Shown here: piece by piece, positions 20,436-28,454 of the stretch
Numbering within the stretch: position 1 is the stretch's first letter
Layout: the number at the start of each line of letters is the position of its first letter
Origin: Chitinivibrionales bacterium
GTDB lineage: Bacteria > Fibrobacterota > Chitinivibrionia > Chitinivibrionales > WJKA01
Direction of reading: 5' to 3'
Length of the DNA stretch: 64,000 nt
NCBI GenBank assembly: GCA_038247415.1
Contig: JBBRUX010000021.1
Location: 1 to 64,000 of the forward strand
The notes under the pieces: model-generated
The model's database searches: none
Told to the model about the DNA's origin: nothing
Seen by the model: the letters and a program-made list of their open reading frames with translations, nothing else
Position numbers and translations under genes: made by a program

Positions 20436-21668
20436 TTATCGAGCTATAAGGTCACAAGAAAGACTTGCTTTCCCGTTTTGCGCAGTGCGGATAACAAGCC
20501 CATTAGAGAGCTTACTTGTTTGCAGCAATTTGCGTCCGTCAATAGCATACGATGCTTGTTTAGCCTGTGATTCTTGAGCCCTTACAGACACCAGATTTTT
20601 TACACTTGTTGGCACGGGTGTATAGATGCAAAGAGACAAGCTGCTTGGCCAATTACAAGGACTTGCTGTATTCGCCTCCAGTGTAATAAAAGTCATATCA
20701 GAAATTCGCATGATGTAGGGATTTTGAGCTGTAAAATATCCAAAAAACGTATAAAAATTTGAATGATTGCTATAGCGAGTACATTCATATTCGTTGTGAG
20801 TCGTCTCACCGCAGTTAGAATTTCCATTTTCAGCAAGAATTAATGCTGATGTATTTATAGAAACCTTAACAGATCCATCTGGATTATAAATATTATGCAG
20901 GCTGTGTGTGCCATTTTGTAATATTACATTGTAATTATTATCGGGAGAAATCGACGGATAACAAGACTCATTGCTTATTTGTTTAAGAACACTTGCACCT
21001 GTTCCTGGGTTTTGAATAAGATTCGTAATGGGATGTGGGTTTAAACACATGCGTTTGCCATCCCGAGAAAGAGTAACCCAAATTGACATAAAGTCGCTAG
21101 TTTTGTTCCACAATACAGATTCATCGGATGGTTTATCAACATTTACTTTACAAACTCCAATATTCGTTTTCATTATAATTGCATAATCTTTATTTGTTAC
21201 CGGATCGCGCCAATAACCTTCGATCACAAATCTTTCCACACCTGGCCCCCCAAAAAATCGCTTTAAGCCAGTCCCGTCCCAATTAATGACATATCCTGAA
21301 TAAGTGGCATCCCAATTTTCTTGGTAATCCTGGAAAATGACCCGTGTGCCATCATCGGTAATAAATGGGTTCACACAGCGATGGTTCGCGTTTACAGAAG
21401 GAGTTATGCTCGAAAAAATTGAATTAGGGGTAAGCTCACTTATAACGGCATTATCAGCATCCATTTTGACAATTGTTCTAACAACATTTGCATCAGACCA
21501 TGAAGCCTGATTTGGACCCTTATTCCAGGCCATTTTTGCCTTCTGCGTTCCTGTCAACTGTAAAAACAACTTAAGTCCAGCAGATGTAGTTACAGGCGCT
21601 GCTGCCATAAGCTGGGCCAGAGCCCCAGAAGCAATAAGCACTGCAATTGCTCTTTTCAAGCTTTTCAT
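20436..21668 (-). CDS. Secreted TolB-like beta-propeller protein with basic C-terminal tail
   Basis: Signal peptide; ITDDGTRVIF, INWDGTGLK, LSRDGKRM and PSISPDNNY blade motifs; tail YAIDGRKL. Confidence 0.7.
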   Translation of the reverse strand: MKSLKRAIAVLIASGALAQLMAAAPVTTSAGLKLFLQLTGTQKAKMAWNKGPNQASWSDANVVRTIVKMDADNAVISELTPNSIFSSITPSVNANHRCVNPFITDDGTRVIFQDYQENWDATYSGYVINWDGTGLKRFFGGPGVERFVIEGYWRDPVTNKDYAIIMKTNIGVCKVNVDKPSDESVLWNKTSDFMSIWVTLSRDGKRMCLNPHPITNLIQNPGTGASVLKQISNESCYPSISPDNNYNVILQNGTHSLHNIYNPDGSVKVSINTSALILAENGNSNCGETTHNEYECTRYSNHSNFYTFFGYFTAQNPYIMRISDMTFITLEANTASPCNWPSSLSLCIYTPVPTSVKNLVSVRAQESQAKQASYAIDGRKLLQTSKLSNGLVIRTAQNGKASLSCDLIAR

Positions 21669-21700
21669 AGATTTCTCCTTAAATAGATATATTCAAAATC

Positions 21701-23005
21701 CTAGTTGCTATTGTGATAATTAAAGATAATAACGCGGCTGAGATTCCCGCTTTGATTCCTCTTTAGTACCAGTGCACTTTTGCCAAAACTTTTAGAAATG
21801 CGTTTTCCTTGTATTGTGAACAAGCTAATGCCTAGCGTGCTGTTTCCAATTTCAACACCCGCCACAGGCTGTTTACCAAAAGAGGATTTCACATCAACGC
21901 TTGCCCCTGTTATGCTCTTGATACCTGCATACAGGAGATTTCCCATGCGGCCATATTCCGAAGATCCAGGATGTAAACAATCGCCGCCAACAGTATCGTT
22001 TGTAAGTATACCTTCCATAGTATTCATGTAGAGGGCGCTTTTTCCTGCAGTGGTATATTTTTGGGCAAGAGTTTTTAAGCCTGCATTAAATTGATAGATT
22101 TTAGGTTTCATTGCATTAATTTCAGATGCAAACTGTGTAAAGCACCATTCAGGCAAAGGTACTAAAAGCAAAGTCGTTTGGGGGTTAAGAGCATAAATCC
22201 TAGAAGCGAGGGTATCGTATTGTGCTAAGAAATTAGGAACATTCTTTTCCGCTATACTTGTTGCACCGCTATTAAAGTCATTTGTTCCGATCTCTAAAAT
22301 AACAATATCGGGACGGAAATTTTTAATAGCGCGATCAACAACGCCACGTGTTAAATCGCCAATTGCTCTGCTATTCCATCCCTCATGATATGGATCGACC
22401 ATACCAGCAGCAGATTGACGAGTAAAACTTCCAACAAGCAAAAAATTATAGCCGCCTTTTGTAAGGGAATCGTACAAATTTGTCCGATATCCACCTGCAT
22501 TATTGGGCCCATCGTAGCCAGAAGTAATTGAATTTCCAAGCGGTAGTATTTTTAAGAATCTATTTTTTACAATAGTGGTTGTTGTTGCAACAGGTGTAGC
22601 GTTTACTTCTGCTGATTTAGTCGCATCTGTTCCAGCCGTTACCTGATAATAATATTTTGTACCATTTGCTACCGTTGTATCTGCAAAGTCGACACAAAAA
22701 AGCTGCACGGTTGTTTTGTTATCCCACACAGAAACCGCAGAATCGGAAGAGAAGAAACCATTAGCCTGTTTAATATTCGGAACAGCCGCAGGTAGCACGT
22801 TTGCATTAAGCAGTGATGTACCAGTATTCCCAGATGTGGTAGACCTATATACTTTATAATTAGTTGCACCAGCGACCCTGTTCCATACCAGAGTAACCAT
22901 ACCATTACCTGGAATTGCTCGCACGCCGCTAGGAGCAGCAGCAAAGACAGCGCTGCATGAGAGCGCAAAGAATACTTGTATCTTGGTCAATTTTTGGGAT
23001 TTCAT
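21701..23005 (-). CDS. Secreted FN3 + SGNH/GDSL esterase (CE3-like)
   Basis: Signal peptide; FN3 VTLVWN...YKVYRSTTSG...YYYQVTA; SGNH blocks PLGNSIT, HEGW, IGTND and DCLHP. Confidence 0.88.
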   Translation of the reverse strand: MKSQKLTKIQVFFALSCSAVFAAAPSGVRAIPGNGMVTLVWNRVAGATNYKVYRSTTSGNTGTSLLNANVLPAAVPNIKQANGFFSSDSAVSVWDNKTTVQLFCVDFADTTVANGTKYYYQVTAGTDATKSAEVNATPVATTTTIVKNRFLKILPLGNSITSGYDGPNNAGGYRTNLYDSLTKGGYNFLLVGSFTRQSAAGMVDPYHEGWNSRAIGDLTRGVVDRAIKNFRPDIVILEIGTNDFNSGATSIAEKNVPNFLAQYDTLASRIYALNPQTTLLLVPLPEWCFTQFASEINAMKPKIYQFNAGLKTLAQKYTTAGKSALYMNTMEGILTNDTVGGDCLHPGSSEYGRMGNLLYAGIKSITGASVDVKSSFGKQPVAGVEIGNSTLGISLFTIQGKRISKSFGKSALVLKRNQSGNLSRVIIFNYHNSN

Positions 23006-23178
23006 AGCAATTTCCTGTTTCTAGCTCTTCAATTATAAAGTGTATACTGTATAAGTTATTTAAAAGAATCGTCTTTGATTCATAATGTATTGATTCTCGT
23101 TCGTGCTTACTACTAGCAAATTTGATTTTATAATCTCTTTGTACTAATTTTATATCAAACCATTATCCTGGAACTCAC

Positions 23179-24753
23179 GTGAAAACAATTTCACAACCAG
23201 CTCTCGAAAAAGCTACCCAATGGCTTACAGAGCTGATTCGAATAAAAAGATTTGAAGCAGGATCTGTTCTTCCCTCAATTCGACTATTAGCCCACGAATG
23301 CAGTGTAAGCCCGATGAGCATGCACAAGGCTATAGGAATTTTGCGCGAACAGGGACTTATTGCGGGCTCACCAAACCACCGTCCGCACGTTACCTTCCGA
23401 AACCCAATCTCAGAAAAACCTCTTAATGCTCCCCTTGCAATGGTGGCAATAACAAGTATAGAGCGTATTGAAATAGATTTACGAAAGCGTATTCTTGGCG
23501 GGGAGCTCGCTACGGGGCAACAAGTTCCTTCTGTAAAGGAACTTCGGCAACATTACCAAACCTCGCATAAAACTCTCCAGCGCATCATTGCCAAACTTCA
23601 CCACGAGGGTTTGCTCGAAATCGATCGTCGGTGGTTTCGTGTAAAACTTCATGGGGCACGAAAAGCCACGGCCAGAATTGTATTGATCGGATTTTCGTAT
23701 GTACAGCAAACGGCTATTATTTTGGGTCACCACGACGGGTATTTATTCAATTTGCTTCAAACGGATTGTTCGCGGCGAAATCTTATCCTCGAACAGGCAA
23801 TTTGCCCAATGGATACCTGCGCCGAAGTTTTCAGGGTTGATGATGGTCGACCACTCAAATTCACCGATGAAGTTGAAGGCTATGTTGTCTTGCTTAATCA
23901 ATTTCCCGAAAAAGTAGGTACGCTCTTTAAACTTCTGGAAACTATAAAGCGACCTGTCGCTATTATCGACGAAATGGGCTATTGGACTCCCGGAGAATAC
24001 TTCAGAACAGATAGTAAGGTGAAGGTTTTTTCATTTTCATCGGGACACCTTGCAGCGAGGGAAATTGCCCAAATTCTTCTGCACTATGGACATCGCTTTT
24101 TTGCCTATGTATCCCCATTTTCGCGGGCAGCATGGTCTATGGTTCGCCGTAATGCATTGAGTAAAGAGCTTTTAGACTCTGGTTTAGAGCATCAGTTGTA
24201 TCTTCACGAAATTTCCATTCCAGATGATTTTCCCTCTCACAATCTTATTGAGCAGGCACAAGCAACGCATGCAGAAATGTTGAGCATCCTTAAAAAAAGA
24301 TCCGAAATGGACTACAAAGCATATGAACGATCTTTTTCGTGGTATTGGTGGCATCAGGAGCTCGATTCGATTTTCATTGAAAGCACAATAGCACCACTGG
24401 TTACAGACATATTCAAGGATGCAAACAGACCCACTGCAATCATAGCAGTCAATGATTCCACTGCAGCCATTATTCAATCTTGTTTACAAAAATTAAAATC
24501 GTATGACTCTCAAGAAATTGCTCTGATTTCTTTCGATAATTCCAGTATCGCCCAGCACAAACAGATTTCCTCATACGATTTTAATGTTCCAGGCATTGTA
24601 GCTACTGTTCTTAATTACATCCTCGATGAATCCGATTCGCGTCAAACCTTTGCCATACAGCGCGAAGATGTCAAAGGAACCCTTGTAGAACGAGCATCAA
24701 TGAGAATAAAAATGGCATCAGCTTCCGATAAATCCCATGATTTCTTCAGCTAG
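23179..24753 (+). CDS. Transcriptional regulator with two GntR wHTH domains and a LacI/periplasmic-binding-protein-like sensor domain
   Basis: LPSIRLLAHECSVSPMSMHKAI and VPSVKELRQHYQTSHKTL; C-terminal PTAIIAVND and ISFDN motifs. Confidence 0.85.
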   Translation: MKTISQPALEKATQWLTELIRIKRFEAGSVLPSIRLLAHECSVSPMSMHKAIGILREQGLIAGSPNHRPHVTFRNPISEKPLNAPLAMVAITSIERIEIDLRKRILGGELATGQQVPSVKELRQHYQTSHKTLQRIIAKLHHEGLLEIDRRWFRVKLHGARKATARIVLIGFSYVQQTAIILGHHDGYLFNLLQTDCSRRNLILEQAICPMDTCAEVFRVDDGRPLKFTDEVEGYVVLLNQFPEKVGTLFKLLETIKRPVAIIDEMGYWTPGEYFRTDSKVKVFSFSSGHLAAREIAQILLHYGHRFFAYVSPFSRAAWSMVRRNALSKELLDSGLEHQLYLHEISIPDDFPSHNLIEQAQATHAEMLSILKKRSEMDYKAYERSFSWYWWHQELDSIFIESTIAPLVTDIFKDANRPTAIIAVNDSTAAIIQSCLQKLKSYDSQEIALISFDNSSIAQHKQISSYDFNVPGIVATVLNYILDESDSRQTFAIQREDVKGTLVERASMRIKMASASDKSHDFFS

Positions 24754-24799
24754 TATTATGAGAACCTAGGTTGGCAATAAAGAAATTGAGTATCTGTTT

Positions 24800-24813
24800 T
24801 GGGCACTATTTTT
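24800..24813 (+). repeat. 14-bp direct repeat TGGGCACTATTTTT, copy 1 (overlaps GH5 stop)
   Basis: Identical to 26225-26238. Confidence 0.85.
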
Positions 24814-26209
24814 TGTAGATTTTCACAAATACTATACCATGCGTTTTTTCTAAAGCTTTAGCATAATTGGGCGAAATAGCGTGAGTTTTCGAATCAAAGA
24901 CTAGTGCTCCCTTCGCATTTGTAATAAGAATATTTTTACCTAGATACGGGGCACAATCTCCCTTAAGTACATAGCGGGATGTAACTCTCTGATCATGCTG
25001 TAGTCTTGATGGCAACTTGGGAACAACAGGCGTTGCATTGCCTCCGATGAGCGGTGCCATATACGGCTCAAGCTTATCGATTTTCCATTGAACCGGGGTT
25101 TTCCAATCATCACTAAGAATTCCGCCCGTGTCTCCAGAGTTTGGGTTAAGACACCAAAAAGTCCAGGAAATAGTTGTTCCCATATACGCAAGAAACGTAT
25201 CAAACCAGATGCCTTCGCTTCCCTTAAAACTTGTTGCGTCTTTAATACCAAATTCTCCCACCAAAAGCGGTGCCTTTTTTTCCCGTGCAATATATCCAAA
25301 GGCCGAATCCCACACCATACTCAAATTTGTTGGAAATGAAGCGTCCGTAAACCAAGTTTGATTAAATACTTCTGGCCCATATTCATGGGGTGAATACACC
25401 AATTTAGCCGGATTGCTTAAGAGTACTGGATTTGATCTAACCCCCCTGAGATTACCGCCCCACCAATACGTTGTTGCGCCATATTCCTGAACTCCCTCAA
25501 CAAAAATAAGCACATCGGCATTAGCTGCAAGAATTGCATTTCCACACCGAGTGGCTGCTTTATCCCAATCGTAAAGTACATTGCCGCTAGCCCACAGCGA
25601 TCCGGTAGCAGGTCCTTTTCCATGGGGCTCATTATCAAGATCACAGCCCACCACAGTAGCATTGTTCTTATAGCGGGTTGCAAGCATAACCCAATCAGCA
25701 ATCCATTGCGCCTCGGAAGTTTTTGCGGTATACCATACTAGCTCATTCATATAGCCATCTGGTTCGCGCGAATGATTATCAAGTATTACTTTTAACCCTA
25801 ATTGACCACATGCGGAAATTATAGAATCCATAACCACCAACGCCGTTTTCCCTTGAAGTTCAGCATTCATGACATTTGTAGCACTGGGGCGGGAAGGATC
25901 ATTGCCATAAAAATTGATACTTGTAGGCATTGCGCCATCTCGCAGCATTGCATTACAAAACGGGAGCCGGATGCAATTAAACCCAAATTTTTTAACATCG
26001 GTAAGCATGCCCTTATAATCCCGAGCCCATAAACCATGAGGACACATATTGGATGTTTCTAAACCAAACCAATTAACACCGGTAAGACGCACTTTTTGAT
26101 TGTTTGCATCAAACAGATCTGAGCCGGAGGTATGCAAATAAGTGGCGCCATTTGGTAAATACATCCCTATAAGTAAGACACATGCGGTGCGTAATATCTT
26201 CAATATCAT
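24806..26209 (-). CDS. GH5 endoglucanase (subfamily 1-like), secreted
   Basis: GVNWFGLET, PHGLW, IRLPF, ILDNH, acid/base NEPH, YSPHEYGP, nucleophile VGEFG, WTFWCLNPNSGDTGG; ATG 26209 follows AAGGA. Confidence 0.95.
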   Translation of the reverse strand: MILKILRTACVLLIGMYLPNGATYLHTSGSDLFDANNQKVRLTGVNWFGLETSNMCPHGLWARDYKGMLTDVKKFGFNCIRLPFCNAMLRDGAMPTSINFYGNDPSRPSATNVMNAELQGKTALVVMDSIISACGQLGLKVILDNHSREPDGYMNELVWYTAKTSEAQWIADWVMLATRYKNNATVVGCDLDNEPHGKGPATGSLWASGNVLYDWDKAATRCGNAILAANADVLIFVEGVQEYGATTYWWGGNLRGVRSNPVLLSNPAKLVYSPHEYGPEVFNQTWFTDASFPTNLSMVWDSAFGYIAREKKAPLLVGEFGIKDATSFKGSEGIWFDTFLAYMGTTISWTFWCLNPNSGDTGGILSDDWKTPVQWKIDKLEPYMAPLIGGNATPVVPKLPSRLQHDQRVTSRYVLKGDCAPYLGKNILITNAKGALVFDSKTHAISPNYAKALEKTHGIVFVKIYKK

Positions 26210-26224
26210 TTGTCTATCCTTCAC

Positions 26225-26238
26225 TGGGCACTATTTTT
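26225..26238 (+). repeat. 14-bp direct repeat TGGGCACTATTTTT, copy 2 (just upstream of the GH5 RBS)
   Basis: Identical to 24800-24813. Confidence 0.85.
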
Positions 26239-26265
26239 AAGAATTACAGGCACTTTTGTAGTGCA

Positions 26266-28407
26266 TTAAAAAGAAATTACCTGTTTGATGGAAGTTTTTG
26301 TTTTACGATCTTGTACAATAATTACTCCCTGAGATGTATTTCTTTTTTGTAAATTAATACTACGGAGTGGTTGTGCAGTAATTGCTCTTCCCTGCAGCGA
26401 ATATGCCTGGGCCGAAAACGAATTCTCCCAAAAATTACCCCTTTGTTGTAAAGATTCTGTTTTTGAATTTGGCATTATGCCAGTTGCAATCGGCGAGGCA
26501 GAACCAAACACAAGTTTGCCATCATCATAGACAGGGATTCTTACTGAACGGATTGGCGTGGAATTTGTTAACCCAAGATACGACCAATCATTGTTCGGAT
26601 TCCACCCAGAAATAGCTGCATTATCGGGAAGGCTTACGCGAAACTGTATTTCGCGCTTGTATGAATCTTGAGTACCAGGATACAAGGTATCTCCAGAATA
26701 ATCGATGAGGACATAGTACAGGTTTTTGGATTGATCTGCAACTTTCAGATCTGAGACTACTCCTTTTCCCTGAACATAATTCTTAGACACTTTTATGGCA
26801 GAAGGAGAAATACCCGCAGCAATAGCTTCGGATACATCTACATAATATCGAAAAGAAAGTTTTGAGGTGCCGCGCGCTGGCCAAGCAGTTTTATTAGAAA
26901 GCGTAGCTTTTATTTCTGTAAATCTATCACCATGGGCATTAATTGAAGCCATTACAAATAATTCTGTATCTACCACTTCTGGCGATGGAAAATTTGCCAT
27001 GGGAGTACCGCCATACTCTTTGTAAAGACGTGCCAATGTTCCCGTAAACGCGGCATTATAATCGCACGCGACTTCGTTTGTTGTATAATTATTGCGTTCA
27101 TCGGTATAATCATCTGTTTTTGTTGGTCCGCCAACTAAGGCCCCATAGAGCACATGCTTAGAGGCCGCAGTATCACTTGCCTGGCTTGGAAAAAAGCCAG
27201 TACATGTCCTGTGATGAGGATGTGTGGGAGGATTATTTCCAAAACCTACCATGAAACTTCTTTTGGTGGGATTATTTCCCAGCATATAATTGATTTGCGA
27301 AAGTGCAAAATCATGATACCGTGTTTTGAGACCGCCATCTGTAATGTAATCGGAATATATCAGTGCGCAAAAAGCAGTATTTGCAGCATATCGACACGAT
27401 CCCCACGTATCAAGCCATGCGAGGCCCCCGGGTGTATATGCAATCTTGGCTCCATTAACCCCCACGCTCCAAAAATCGAGCCATCGCTGCGCATCATCCT
27501 TGTACTGTTGCTTCCCGGTTAGTTTACTTAAAAGGACATAACAAGCGTATGATTTATCATCCCAGGATGTTGTCCATTTATACGATTTAATGGTTGACTG
27601 TGGTTCTGTTCCCAGTAAACTATAATTAGCTTCTGCCGACGATACATACGAGTTGTCATTTGTTGCCATAAAGAGCCATAATGCACTCCACACAAGCTCA
27701 TCATTATAACCGCTCCATGAATTATAGTATCCTTGCGCATCTGATATTGATGATGAATATTTTCCACGATAGGTATCTGCAAAAGTGTACAATTCTTTGG
27801 CATGTTTGAGCAGTGTATCCGCATAGAGCGGATCCGTTTGCCGCAGTACTATTGATGCTGCCGCGAGTGCAGCACAGGTTTCGCCAGCCAAATCTGTTCC
27901 CGGGTTTGCTGCGTCGATTTTATAGGCGGGGCGGCTCATGTAGTACTCAACCGACTCGGCAGGCCCCCAAAAAGCATGATCGGTTCCACCATTGCCCACT
28001 TGTCCATACAATTCATTTGGGGCAGTATGACACTTTACAAGATAGCGTGCGGCAAATTGTATGGTATTCAAAATGGCAGTTAGTTGTCCCGATGATTGAT
28101 AGGCATCCCGGTATTCCTTTACGCCCCACGCAAGCATGGTTACGCTATACGCCATAGGAAAATTGAATTTCACATTGTCGCCTGCATCATACCATCCTCC
28201 TGTAAGATCGTGTTCAACCGATCCACCATCATGAATACATGAGGGCCCCCGCCACATTACGCGATTCCACGAGGGCAATGATCCTGATTGCTGACATTCA
28301 TAAAAGTAAATAGACTTTTGCAAAGCCTCGGCATAATTAAATGCCCCTGCCCCAAAAACGCCGCTGCTTAAAAAAAACCCCAGTGCGATTGATTGTATTC
28401 TTCTCAT
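26266..28407 (-). CDS. GH9-CBM3c processive endoglucanase-like, secreted
   Basis: NYAEALQKSIYFYE, GGWYDAGD, PHHR, GALVGGP, NEVACDYNA; CBM3c FTEIKATLSNKTAWPAR...FRYYVD...WNPNNDWSY. Confidence 0.95.
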   Translation of the reverse strand: MRRIQSIALGFFLSSGVFGAGAFNYAEALQKSIYFYECQQSGSLPSWNRVMWRGPSCIHDGGSVEHDLTGGWYDAGDNVKFNFPMAYSVTMLAWGVKEYRDAYQSSGQLTAILNTIQFAARYLVKCHTAPNELYGQVGNGGTDHAFWGPAESVEYYMSRPAYKIDAANPGTDLAGETCAALAAASIVLRQTDPLYADTLLKHAKELYTFADTYRGKYSSSISDAQGYYNSWSGYNDELVWSALWLFMATNDNSYVSSAEANYSLLGTEPQSTIKSYKWTTSWDDKSYACYVLLSKLTGKQQYKDDAQRWLDFWSVGVNGAKIAYTPGGLAWLDTWGSCRYAANTAFCALIYSDYITDGGLKTRYHDFALSQINYMLGNNPTKRSFMVGFGNNPPTHPHHRTCTGFFPSQASDTAASKHVLYGALVGGPTKTDDYTDERNNYTTNEVACDYNAAFTGTLARLYKEYGGTPMANFPSPEVVDTELFVMASINAHGDRFTEIKATLSNKTAWPARGTSKLSFRYYVDVSEAIAAGISPSAIKVSKNYVQGKGVVSDLKVADQSKNLYYVLIDYSGDTLYPGTQDSYKREIQFRVSLPDNAAISGWNPNNDWSYLGLTNSTPIRSVRIPVYDDGKLVFGSASPIATGIMPNSKTESLQQRGNFWENSFSAQAYSLQGRAITAQPLRSINLQKRNTSQGVIIVQDRKTKTSIKQVISF

Positions 28408-28429
28408 GTGGAATATCCTTCGTGCTACG

Positions 28430-28452
28430 ATAGAGGCCTTTTAGGCCTCTAT
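28430..28452 (-). promoter_or_regulatory. Intra-operon stem-loop between the two GH9 genes
   Basis: Perfect 10-bp stem ATAGAGGCCT-N3-AGGCCTCTAT with no following U-tract on the coding strand. Confidence 0.65.
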
Positions 28453-28454
28453 GA

